A stretch of DNA of 64,000 bases from a bacterium (GCA_031411135.1 JANOAN010000007.1:4214-68213), one strand, 5' to 3'. Shown: positions 20,877-31,132, counted from the first letter of the stretch. Notes: a model not told the origin generated them from the letters alone. Numbers and translations: made by a program.

Positions 20877-22088
20877 TTACAACCCCAAATTTCCACTTGC
20901 CTTAAAATCCGTCTCCAAACTTTCTCCTTTATTAATAAAGTGCATATACCCCGCAACAGCGATCATGATTGCATTATCAGTCGAGTGTTGAATCTGAGGG
21001 ATAAAAAGATTAATATCGACAAAGTCCAACGAAGTCATTTTTTGAAAAGCATTTCGAATATTTTCGTTTGCAATCACTCCACCACCAATAATAATTGTGC
21101 GGGCACTGTGATCAATCATGGCTTGTCGCGTTTTCTTCACCAAAACTTCGGTTGCAGAGTTTTCGAATTCTCGTGCAATGTCTTCTTTGTCAGTTTCAGA
21201 AAGCTCTCCTATTTTTTTAACTAAATATAAAACTGCAGTCTTAAGTCCGGAAAAAGAAAAATCATAGTCTTTGGTATTCAACATTGGGCGAGGTAAAACT
21301 ATATTTTCATTTTTCTCTCTTGCTCTACTTAACATTGCAAGAGCTGAGATTTTCGGTCCACCTGGATAGGGAAGTCCTAAAATTCTTGCTACTTTATCAA
21401 ACGCCTCACCCACCGCATCATCCCGAGTTCTACCAATAACAGAATATTCATGCCAACTTTTTATTAAAACTAATTCGGTGTGTCCTCCAGAAATGAGAAG
21501 TGCGAGGGCAGGGAATGTGACATTTTTTTCTTTCTCACTATCAACTAACACAGAAACAATATGACCCTCCATGTGATTTGTCGGAACGACCGGAATGCTC
21601 CAAATTGTTCCCAAGGTTTTTGCAAAGTTAATTCCAACCCAAAGCGCAGGCTCAAGCCCTGGTCCTTGTGTAACTGCGATTACATCAACATCTGGCTTAT
21701 CAATTGTTTCTAATAATTTAATAACATCCGAGGCCATTTCATGTTCCATTTTCAATGATGCCAAAATTTTTGCTTTTTCTTCATTGGAAAATTCAGATTT
21801 TTTCTCTTTGTATAAATCAGCCTTTTTTAATGCTTCGATAAAAAGGGAAGTGATATTTTTACTGTGCTCTCGTTTGGCTAGAGCCGGGAAAACCCCACCG
21901 TGTTTTGCATGAATTTCAATTTGAGATTGTAGGGCATTACCTAAAACTTTAATTTCAGGTCCGTTGTTTGAGGTGTCGATAACAGTACTTCCATTATAAA
22001 TAGCAGCACGTTCACCAGCTTCAATAATGCACACAGCCGTCTCGTCACAGCTTGTTTCTATGCCTAAAACTAGGGTTTTTTTACTCAT
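20877..22088 (-). CDS. tsaD: tRNA t6A biosynthesis protein TsaD
   Basis: LGIETSCDET, NHMEGH, SGGHT, DDAVGEAFDK, DNAIMIA. Confidence 0.97.
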   Translation of the reverse strand: MSKKTLVLGIETSCDETAVCIIEAGERAAIYNGSTVIDTSNNGPEIKVLGNALQSQIEIHAKHGGVFPALAKREHSKNITSLFIEALKKADLYKEKKSEFSNEEKAKILASLKMEHEMASDVIKLLETIDKPDVDVIAVTQGPGLEPALWVGINFAKTLGTIWSIPVVPTNHMEGHIVSVLVDSEKEKNVTFPALALLISGGHTELVLIKSWHEYSVIGRTRDDAVGEAFDKVARILGLPYPGGPKISALAMLSRAREKNENIVLPRPMLNTKDYDFSFSGLKTAVLYLVKKIGELSETDKEDIAREFENSATEVLVKKTRQAMIDHSARTIIIGGGVIANENIRNAFQKMTSLDFVDINLFIPQIQHSTDNAIMIAVAGYMHFINKGESLETDFKASGNLGL

Positions 22089-22105
22089 AAGAGCTCTAAT
22101 ATATA

Positions 22106-22723
22106 CTATTTTCGACAAATCCAAAGCCCATCTCCGGTCGTCAATTCCTCAATTTTCCATTGATTTTTAATCAAATATTCTTTAAAGGTTTTTAATCTTT
22201 CCTTCATGTCAGATGTGTTATCTACAACCAAAAAAGTTTTACTATTGATGATAGGAGAAAGTGTCTCTAAATACTGTATAAATTTTGCACGATTGGCGTC
22301 GAAGAATAAAAGATCAACATCCTTAATCAAAGTTATAATTTTAGGTAAAGCTGTTTCAATCTCTTCCTCAAAAATCTTTGCATCAATCTTTACTTTCCCA
22401 AAATATTCTTTTGCAATTTTGTATTTATAATCTCGCTTTTCAATTGTAAAAAGTTTACCTCCAGTTTGCTTTAATGCCAATCCCATCCAAACACCTGAAT
22501 ATCCAATTCCAGTGCCTAGTTCGATAACATTATTAATTTTATTTCCCAAAATAAAATTATAGAGAAATTCTCCAGTTTGTGGAGAAACAGGCCATGGTCG
22601 GTCGCCATAAATTTGATCTGGATCGGATAAATGCTGACCAATTTCAATTTGAGAAGGTGAATACCAAACTAGAGTTTTCGAGAACCCCTCTAATTCCTTT
22701 AAGATTTCCTTTTCTGCAAACAT
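22106..22723 (-). CDS. SAM-dependent O-methyltransferase
   Basis: IELGTGIGYS, LLFFDA, VVDN. Confidence 0.88.
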   Translation of the reverse strand: MFAEKEILKELEGFSKTLVWYSPSQIEIGQHLSDPDQIYGDRPWPVSPQTGEFLYNFILGNKINNVIELGTGIGYSGVWMGLALKQTGGKLFTIEKRDYKYKIAKEYFGKVKIDAKIFEEEIETALPKIITLIKDVDLLFFDANRAKFIQYLETLSPIINSKTFLVVDNTSDMKERLKTFKEYLIKNQWKIEELTTGDGLWICRK

Positions 22724-22971
22724 TATTTAATTGCCTGGTTGATTCTTTCTACACGAGCCTTTTTAATGTCTTCATCACCAGCACCAGAACTTTCCATTGT
22801 CATTGCAAGGTATGTGAGGGCACCCCTAACTTCTTCGGCTCGAGGGTCGTTGGTTTCTTTCAGGCTTGTATATAACGGAATACCAACATTTCCTAATTCT
22901 TCCCAGTTATCGTCGTGTATAACTAAAAACTGTTCGTAGGCTTTTTCAATGTCGTAAGGTGCTTCTTCCAT
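22723..22971 (-). CDS. Small hypothetical protein
   Basis: 82-aa ORF, stop overlaps start of next gene. Confidence 0.65.
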   Translation of the reverse strand: MEEAPYDIEKAYEQFLVIHDDNWEELGNVGIPLYTSLKETNDPRAEEVRGALTYLAMTMESSGAGDEDIKKARVERINQAIK

Positions 22972-23034
22972 TAATTTATTTTAAATTTATTAATAAGCAT
23001 ATTGTATCTCAGGGTGTTCTTTTTAAGAAGTTTA

Positions 23035-23259
23035 CTAGCCTCTAGTTGAATCTACCGTTGTTGTATTTACAGGCTCCTCCTCTTCGATACTTGGTGGGCA
23101 AGGCTTACCAGTCATGATGTCATATCGGTCCCCAATGGCACAAGAGACAAGAGGAGGAGTTGTTTTCTTTGATGAAAAGTAGAAATAACTCCATATAATA
23201 AGGGCTGAAAGCAGTATGACTCCTATTGTGAAGGCAGTGTTTGTTTTTAAGATTTTCAT
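23035..23259 (-). CDS. Small membrane-anchored protein with C...YDIMTG.PC motif
   Basis: N-terminal TM helix; leaderless-type -10 upstream of ATG 23259. Confidence 0.65.
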   Translation of the reverse strand: MKILKTNTAFTIGVILLSALIIWSYFYFSSKKTTPPLVSCAIGDRYDIMTGKPCPPSIEEEEPVNTTTVDSTRG

Positions 23260-23347
23260 TATCACAGTATAGCAGAAATTTTGATCTAGGTAAGGGAAGA
23301 CCAAGCAAGGCGTCTTCATGTGTGTACTAATATAAAACTTTAAAAAT

Positions 23348-23713
23348 ATGAACTCATCTTATACATCTTCCAGCACCAAACCACTTTATCGCGGAACTCA
23401 AATTGTTTGGTATATCTTAGGAATCGTCGAGATTCTATTAGCTTTTCGTTTCGTTCTCAAATTACTTGGTGCTAACCCTGCTGCTGGTTTTACTAGTTTT
23501 ATTTATGGAGTAACCTACATCTTTGCAAATCCATTCCTGTCAGTTTTTCGAAGTACTCAGATTGCTACTGGTAGTATTTTTGAATGGACTTCACTTCTTG
23601 CAATGATTGTATATTGGATTATTGCAATGGGAATAATTAATCTGTTCTTCATGGGTAAGACTGTTTCAACTCCTGAAGCGGCGGCAAAGATGGAGATTGA
23701 GGAGGAGAAGTAA
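23348..23713 (+). CDS. YggT-family membrane protein
   Basis: EILLAFRFVLKLLGANP...PF. Confidence 0.8.
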   Translation: MNSSYTSSSTKPLYRGTQIVWYILGIVEILLAFRFVLKLLGANPAAGFTSFIYGVTYIFANPFLSVFRSTQIATGSIFEWTSLLAMIVYWIIAMGIINLFFMGKTVSTPEAAAKMEIEEEK

Positions 23714-23839
23714 TTAGAATTCGATTTTTCCATTTGGAGTGATGGGTGTTGGTGTAGTTACTTTGTTTTTAGAAAATCCCCAGCTTATTAATAAGATGAT
23801 AATGATCAATATTAGGATTGATATAAAGGTTTTTATCAC
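23714..23839 (-). CDS. 41-aa single-TM protein not in the ORF track
   Basis: GTG start, MIKTFISILILIIIILLISWGFSKNKVTTPTPITPNGKIEF, TGCTATACT just upstream. Confidence 0.55.
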   Translation of the reverse strand: MIKTFISILILIIIILLISWGFSKNKVTTPTPITPNGKIEF

Positions 23840-23878
23840 TATGTAAGTATAGCAGGAATTGGTGAGCCAATCTGGTCC

Positions 23879-24163
23879 TTACTTTTTCTTACGAAACCAC
23901 TTCAGGGCAGTAGGTCTTCGATGAGGACAACCAGGCCAACAACACGGACGACGTTTTCCCTTTCGCAAATCTACGCAAAGTCGTTTGAGGTGTTCTGTTC
24001 GAGTTTCTTCTTTTTTAACAATCGTCACCCAACAAATCCATTCATTGCGTGCAAGTGGTGTTAGTTTGTTCCATAACTCTAAAACATCAGTATTTGATCG
24101 AAGGACTTTTTGCAGGTCTTTGGATACTCGATGAACGACAACAGTTTTTACGTTCGTAGGCAT
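23879..24163 (-). CDS. YdeI/OmpD-associated family protein
   Basis: WNKLTPLARNEWICWV..KKEETR..RRPCCWPGC. Confidence 0.85.
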   Translation of the reverse strand: MPTNVKTVVVHRVSKDLQKVLRSNTDVLELWNKLTPLARNEWICWVTIVKKEETRTEHLKRLCVDLRKGKRRPCCWPGCPHRRPTALKWFRKKK

Positions 24164-24467
24164 AGGGAAAGTATAGCAGGTATGTGTATTATATGCGGTG
24201 ACCCTTCAGCAGATAGAACCTTTTGGTTCCTTGCAGGGTAGGGTTATTTTTAATGTTTATATATTAACATAACGACCCTTCTCGTGCGTAGGTGATACAT
24301 CATATATTTGCTATAATATGTATATGTGGTATAATATAGGTCGTTATAAGCTCTTTAAATTTCGTGTATCGCCATAGCTAAAAGGTACTTACTATATAGG
24401 TATTTTCTAGCTATGGCGATAAGGTAGCCCGCTAGCACTTGATAGGAAACAACACACCAGTTAATAC

Positions 24468-24656
24468 ATGAATAACGATAAAAATGATAAACCGAAGGAA
24501 GTATGTGTAACTCCACCGGTAGAGAAAAATCAGGATGAGCCTGGTTGGGAGAGCGAAGTCGCTAGGCTTCGAATAGACAGGCCGATGCTTATCGTCTCAA
24601 TGACACTTGGTGAATACAGAAGAAGATACAGGGTGAAGCCCCATACTTACTGCTAG
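24468..24656 (+). CDS. Small hypothetical protein
   Basis: 62-aa ORF behind a promoter and long hairpin. Confidence 0.4.
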   Translation: MNNDKNDKPKEVCVTPPVEKNQDEPGWESEVARLRIDRPMLIVSMTLGEYRRRYRVKPHTYC

Positions 24657-25062
24657 TGATTCAAGGCTGAGAGTACGAGATAATATTTGAAATTTAGTTA
24701 GATAATATTTTGGTGTTAAGCAATACACCGAAGACAAAATAGAAATTTTTCCAAAAGTTTCTACATCCCCGCCGCAACGGGGATTTTGTATTTTAAGGAT
24801 ACAGATGTTGGCTGTTGAAGGTGACCCCATTGCGTGGCTTTCAGAACTTACTAAACAGAGAGATTATATCAAAAGTAGCATTCAAAGTATTTATTTATTC
24901 TCAAACACAGTACACAATTAAGAGTTTTTTAATATAACTCAAAAGCTTGGGAAATGTTTAGAGGTCCTCGTTCGGTGATAAATAAACAGAAAACCCACCA
25001 TCTCGCGACAGAGGGTTTCTGTGTTGAGGTTGGTGGGTTGGCTTGACCTTGAAGTGTTGCTT

Positions 25063-25866
25063 TCAAGAGCGTTTGACGATTGCATATGTCACGTTGTAAA
25101 CGTGAATGTATTCGTCAGGATCGACAATCAATACCTTGTATTTCTCAAGGCAGACGTCGCGATAAAAACGCAAGATCTGCAACTTGGCAGCTTCAAAGTC
25201 TGGCAGTAACTCCTTCTTGGCACGCAAACGGTCCCAGATGTTGACGAAGAATCCATATCCGTCTTTATACCTACTCGCTACGAGGGGGTGTTCATCAAGA
25301 ACCGCATTTAGTGCTTCTGTGGAGAAGATGAAGGGGCAATTCGTTTTACCTTCAAGTCGTGCTAGGAATTGCTCCGCCTCATTTACGAGGGCGGAAAACA
25401 CAGGTCCGGGAACAAAGTGATCTTGAAGTAAGAAGATGCCGCCGGGTTTTAACACCCGAAGAGTCTCATTGATGGCTTGAAGCCAATGTTCACGAGGCAG
25501 GTTGTTGAAACCATACCTGCAAATAGCGACGTCAATACTTTCCGACGAGACTTCCTGCATATTCGTCACATCTGCACAGATGGTCCGAGTCTTAGCATCA
25601 GATTGGATACTACTCAGAATCTGTGCCGAGGCGTCGACAAAGGTCATCTCTGATTCCAAGCCGACTGTTCCGAGATGAAATTGTATTGCTTTTCCTGCAA
25701 GACCTGTACCACAGCACAAATCCAGCACTTTGACGGGGTTTGGTAAGTGTAATCCACGCTCTACTCGATGAAAATCGAGCAGAGCTGAAGCATATCGTTC
25801 GGATTTTGAATCCTCAGTGAATGCTCCAAATGTTTGTAAGTAGCTTTTAGGCCATTGTTCGGGCAT
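25063..25866 (-). CDS. Class I SAM-dependent methyltransferase
   Basis: VLDLCCGTG, RVLKPGG; own promoter and terminator. Confidence 0.88.
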   Translation of the reverse strand: MPEQWPKSYLQTFGAFTEDSKSERYASALLDFHRVERGLHLPNPVKVLDLCCGTGLAGKAIQFHLGTVGLESEMTFVDASAQILSSIQSDAKTRTICADVTNMQEVSSESIDVAICRYGFNNLPREHWLQAINETLRVLKPGGIFLLQDHFVPGPVFSALVNEAEQFLARLEGKTNCPFIFSTEALNAVLDEHPLVASRYKDGYGFFVNIWDRLRAKKELLPDFEAAKLQILRFYRDVCLEKYKVLIVDPDEYIHVYNVTYAIVKRS

Positions 25867-26045
25867 ATGAATCTCCAGTTGATTGTTGTGAAAAGAGCGG
25901 TTGTAGAAAACTACAAATCACACGATACCATACAGTATGCAATTTGTCTATAGATGTGAACCAGAGTGTACATTATTCGAATACTTCACCCAACTACGTA
26001 TTTCACCCTTACAAATGAGGAACTTGGCTAAGTGTTCAGAGGTCT

Positions 26046-29000
26046 TCAATTGGTAGATCTACTCTTTGTTTTTTTCATCCTTTCTAGTGTTTCCAGTATG
26101 GGTGGGTTACTTACTCCATCGGGGATCATGGGATCAGTATCTTCAGGTCTGAGACCCATCACTTCAGGATCCATTAGCCCTATTTCCCATGCATTTTTGT
26201 GTATGAAGGTTTTTTTAACAATACCGTGATTAAAAAATATCTTTGGGGGAAACGATTGCTTATCCCTAATGAAAGATGGTGCAATGAGATAGAAGCCCCA
26301 TTGTTTAAAGCTCTCTATAAAGCCATTCAGGTTATTCAACGATTGTGGGGTCATCGTGTGCGTTCTTCCAGCATTCAACACAAGCTTACCTTTTGAATCT
26401 TTAGGATCACCAAGGTTTGTCGATATCACAAACTTATACCAGAGCGGGTTTGTCTTAGAAAAGCCCATGATTGTTGCCACCCGCATAACATCTTTCTTGT
26501 CCTCTCTACCAAGAAGATCTTTCCAATTCCTAAAAATTGCCTTTGCCTTATCCTCATTAGTAAACATTACAGCAAGTACTGGAGGTTGATCTGGCATAAC
26601 AAGGTAAGCGATGCCCTCCCATCCAGCTTCATCCCAAAGATGCCCCTCGATAATTGAGATATTTTCCATCTGATCATGACGTACAGCCTTTCTATCTTTA
26701 TCATCTTTATCGTCCTGTTTATCTGGATCGTCCCTCAATTGCTTCAGCAGTTCGTGCTTTACCTTGCCAGCTTCAGCTTCGTCATATTCATACTTTTTGT
26801 TTTCATCTGAAATCCATTCTCTGATATCTCTTTTTGGCTTATATCCCAAAACATTACCCTGAACCACCAGCGGTGATGAGAATGTAAACGCTCGCACACT
26901 AACCTCTTCATCTCGGAATAGTTTTTCAAGATCCGTATCTGCATTTCTGAATGAAATTGAGTGACCGATAATATTGACCACCGCACTAAACACATCCTTG
27001 TAGAGGCTTTCCTGCTCAGAACGCTTTAGAGAATGAGGGTTAAAATCTCCACAAGCTATATCAAATGCAATAGCTCCATCTTTTTTCACCTCATGGGAAA
27101 CCTTAACACCTAAAGTATCATCGTTGGTGATTGTGATATTCACGATACCATTGTTTCCGTGCGAATCCACCTCTACAGTTGTTGCCAAAAAACCTTCAAG
27201 AGATGCGAGGATGTATTCTCCTATTTCAATGTTAGGGCTACAGTTTTTTGTTTTAATAATAAAGGTTGTGCCTAAAATAACAGACTTAAGCTCAACTTCA
27301 TCACCCTTATAGAAAGCTGGTACATCTGGTAACTGAGCTTGGCTCGGCTGTGTAAAATGAGAGTCAAAATATTCATCAAGTTCTTCGTCGTTCATTTTTT
27401 CTAACAAAACTTGAGGTAAGGCTTTCTTTCCCCCTAATCGGTATATCAATGCGTGTGCAGCGAGATCTAGATCCATACTCATTAGGGTGTCTGGCAGAAG
27501 CTCCAAGGATGGCAAAACCTCATCAGGAGTTTTAATCAACAACAATCCCAACTGAGCACCATAGAACATGTCATCATGCAGAAGTTTTTCCGCCTCTTCA
27601 CTGGATTTAATGTAGTTAACATTCATCATATGGTTCAACTTGTGCCACTCCAGTGAATAACCCACACGTCCCAAGCGAAGTTCCAACAGACGCAAATGAC
27701 CATAAGATAGCAATTGAAGCTTGGTCACTTCACTGTGCTTATGAAAATCCATAGTCGCATAAGAAGCGGCATGTAACATCGCACTCCTTGCAGCCCAAAG
27801 TAGACCGACCTGCTCATACGCACAGGACAGCTGGGCAAGAGCAATTATTAAACCATCTCGTACCTCATCTTTGTAAAGCGGAACAAGAGATCTTCCTAGG
27901 CAATCAATCGCCTTGTAGTATCGCTTACCCTCAACATGCTGTGCGGCTCGATTTAACAGCACCATTGCAGACTCCGTAGTGCTTTTTCTTTCTGACATTA
28001 CTTCAAGCATTTTGTCTTGAAGCTTTTCAAAGCTAGGCACACCGCTGTAAAAATCATTCATCTCGCTGGTCATTTTGTAGAGCGTGTCCAGTGAGAATCC
28101 GAGAAGACCTTTGGAACGCTCAACTATCTGGAAAAGGTTATTGAAGATTACATCCATTGCCGCCTTGTCATCTCTTGATTCAGGCAGCACTAAAATATTT
28201 AGCAACAACTCAGCATGTAGGGCTGCGCTTGGTTTTGATTCATCGTCTTTAAAGGCTTCGAGTCTTCCTTGCACGGTCTTTTTCTTTTCATCTGCATACA
28301 CTGGATCAACCTTGTCACTAATAACGGACAAGGTCTTTAAAACACTCGCAAGATTACCCAACCTCTCCACCTCAAAAAGATTTGCAGAGTCTTTTGCCAA
28401 GGACTCTATCTCTTCATAGTTGCCGATAAGTGCATCAAAGTCGTCATACCAAAAATACAATGTCCACACTTCATGATATCTGGCATTAAAATACTGTTCA
28501 GAAGTTCCGTATTTCTGAGCAAGCCTCTTTGCACGAGCGAACAAACCATCCACATCCGTTTTAACCTTGTTCATTTCAGCACCGCACAATGCTGAAGACA
28601 GTGCATCATCGACGATTGCAAGATTCACTCTATCTTCCTGTACCGCCTGATCTATATCCTTATTCAAAGCCTCAAATGTTCTTTGTCGCTTCGTATCTTT
28701 AGGTCCTGTGCTGACGACCTCTTTATAAGAATCTCCCATCTTCAATTCAACAATTGCGAGATTCTCTCTCTTATTTGCAAAGATTTTATCAATTATCCAT
28801 GTTCGATCATGTATCGTTACTAGAATCCCGTATTGTTTAGTCAGCTCGTCTTCGACTTTTGCACGCTGATCTGCCTTAATAAACCGACTTGTCACAAAGA
28901 ATACTTTTGTATAACCCCTGTCCGTTCCAATCATCTTTTTAACGTCACCCTCTACCTTCGTTTTCCATTTGACTGTGGTGCTGAAAGCGAACCCTCACCG

Positions 29001-29324
29001 TTCAGTAGAAGTTTTTTCGACTCCAAAATAATAAGTATCTTTGATTGCCTCTGACACTGGCGTAGTTTCTGTGTCGACCTTGCCATCACCACCACCTACT
29101 GGACCAGTTTGAGGTCTTAGGTTCGGCTGAATCTCATGTTCACAAAGCTTTCGAGCAAACTCTTCAAAATCATATTCCTGCTTTCTTGTAGAGAGAGTGT
29201 CCAAGTGATACTCCAATTTCAGACTATCAAGCAGAGGTTCTTTGACCATTCGAGTGTCAGAAAAGCTACCGGGGCGGCGTTGCTGCATAAAGCTCTTTGG
29301 AGAAAAGTTTGAGTCCTCTTTCAT
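26046..29324 (-). pseudogene. PD-(D/E)xK-like nuclease plus TPR-like protein, interrupted by an in-frame TGA at 28995-28997
   Basis: The 109-aa and 962-aa ORFs are in the same frame and join as TER*GFAFSTTVKWKTKVEGDVKKMIGTDRGY; FEEF..GGGDGKVD motif. Confidence 0.75.
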
Positions 29325-29395
29325 ATTGCTATTTTACCATTTATATGAGGTTTTTTTAAGCTGATTTTGAGCCACATTAATGCTATAATATTTTC

Positions 29396-29521
29396 GTTGA
29401 CCCACATAGATTCCCCGACTCTTGCACAGGAGTGTTTTCGTCTAGCTTGCGGATACTGACGGGTAGTTAAGCTGCCACAAGCCAGACCGCCTTTGTGCGA
29501 TTTGGGGAATAGTGGGTCAAC
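29396..29521 (+). ncRNA. Candidate 126-nt rod-shaped RNA
   Basis: Nested stems GTTGACCCAC/GTGGGTCAAC, ATTCCCC/GGGGAAT, GCACA/TGTGC; TGCTATAAT 6 nt upstream. Confidence 0.55.
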
Positions 29522-29599
29522 CAGTTTGGCTACCCATCTGTATAAATCTATAGTTGGGACCCCTCTCTGATTATTAAATAGTGTTGACCTATTTAAATC

Positions 29600-30031
29600 A
29601 TGAAAAAATACTACGGCGTTTTAATCGCATTGTTGCCATTCATTACTGGCACATATAAAAGTTTGGGTAATTGGTCCAGTTCAGAGGCTATCGGATACAA
29701 CGTATTCAATCTGGCTCTGATCGGTTTCGGTATTTATTATTTCGCAAAGCATTGGTCCGAGAAGAAAGAATCCCTCGAGCTTGCTCAATACGACATTGCT
29801 GTGTTCAAGGCATCTGCTTATATTAAGGAACTTTCGGAGGACACCAAGGAAAATGTAACCGTGAAGCGAGTCGCTATGAACGAGATCGGAAACCTTGTGG
29901 ATCTGTTCAGAAAAAACAGGAGCAAGAGCTGGAAGAGCCAGAAAGATATTAATGAGGTTACCAAGTCGTTAAATGACCTCGTAGAGAGCAACAAGGAGCT
30001 TGTAAAGCAGTCTCGGAATCTCGATATCTAG
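29600..30031 (+). CDS. Hypothetical membrane protein
   Basis: 143 aa, two N-terminal hydrophobic segments, helical tail. Confidence 0.75.
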   Translation: MKKYYGVLIALLPFITGTYKSLGNWSSSEAIGYNVFNLALIGFGIYYFAKHWSEKKESLELAQYDIAVFKASAYIKELSEDTKENVTVKRVAMNEIGNLVDLFRKNRSKSWKSQKDINEVTKSLNDLVESNKELVKQSRNLDI

Positions 30032-30052
30032 CCAGTTCATTTTCGTGAACAA

Positions 30053-30224
30053 TTCCCAGTTATTTCCCTGTATTAACAGGGAATGTCTTCCACTGTTATT
30101 TCACAGTATTAACTGTGATGTCGCCGCTGTTATTCCGCATTATTAACAGCAGAGCCTGTAGCAGTTTTCTAGCAGTATTAACAGCTATGGACCAGCGTTT
30201 TTCTAGCGTTATTTAACGTCGCTA
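30053..30224. repeat. Five-unit ~35-bp degenerate hairpin array
   Basis: TATTAAC-like core at 30071, 30107, 30141, 30176, 30210 with variable self-complementary flanks. Confidence 0.85.
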
Positions 30225-30265
30225 AGGGGGTTTATAAGCAACCATTAATCTGCTACATTTTAGCC

Positions 30266-31132
30266 ATGGGAGGAAGCAAACCTTATGGACCAAGATTCAC
30301 AATTTTGGATAAAGCAAGACTTCTTGATAACAAGAAAGTAAGACCTATTGATAGATCCGATAGGGCTTTTATTGATAATGGAAAGCTTGAGGTGTTTTGG
30401 TCCATTAACAGATTCCGTAACGAGTTCATTAAAAAGGCAGAAGACACTCGAAAAGTTTTAGGTATTGAGGTTCTCGATCCTAAAGAAGATGTTTTGATGA
30501 CCAAACTCGGTCACAAAGGTCGTCTATTTGTTCCAAAAAGGCTCTACGTCGGCGTGAACTCCTCATTCCTGAGTAAGTATCCGAAAACCGCTGAAAACCT
30601 TAGAAAATTGATATATTCGAATGTTTTAGTGCCGCTCAACTGGTCCTACAACTTCTATCCTTTTGTTGAGTATTACATTTTATATGGAAAAAAGTCCCCT
30701 GTGGTATTACAACCTAATCCAATGCAGTTTCAGCTAATCATGAAATATCATCGGGAGCTTGGTAGAAATACGTATACAAAATCCGATATCGCATTTTTGA
30801 AACAACAGGCTGTTATTGAGCGATCAGAAAATCCGAAACGTATCAGAGAAATTGAAACCATTGCTTTAGCAGTAGATAAACTACCCAAACTAAAAAATAC
30901 TGACCGACGACCAAAAAACTTAGCACTAAAGACTGCTACTTTTAAGATATTTGAAAAAATACCTGTAAATGCGAAACCTGCAGAAATAAAGCAGTTTATG
31001 GAAGACAATTTATACAACATCATCGATGAATACAGAGAGGATTACAACCCTGATGAAGATGAGGAAAAAGTACTGCTCGCAAATGTGAAAAGGCTCTACA
31101 AAGAGTATCTAAAACTTATCCCCATGAATTGA
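30266..31132 (+). CDS. Hypothetical protein, possibly an element regulator
   Basis: 288-aa basic ORF with leaderless-type -10; function inferred from position only. Confidence 0.75.
   Translation: MGGSKPYGPRFTILDKARLLDNKKVRPIDRSDRAFIDNGKLEVFWSINRFRNEFIKKAEDTRKVLGIEVLDPKEDVLMTKLGHKGRLFVPKRLYVGVNSSFLSKYPKTAENLRKLIYSNVLVPLNWSYNFYPFVEYYILYGKKSPVVLQPNPMQFQLIMKYHRELGRNTYTKSDIAFLKQQAVIERSENPKRIREIETIALAVDKLPKLKNTDRRPKNLALKTATFKIFEKIPVNAKPAEIKQFMEDNLYNIIDEYREDYNPDEDEEKVLLANVKRLYKEYLKLIPMN

Noticed and set aside
29396-29521. Retron msr-msd or SRP RNA
   Set aside because: No reverse transcriptase in the window and no SRP domain IV motif.
30053-30224. CRISPR array or canonical type III antitoxin
   Set aside because: No identical repeats with unique spacers, no cas genes, and the neighbouring protein is not recognisable as ToxN or a Nop-domain protein.
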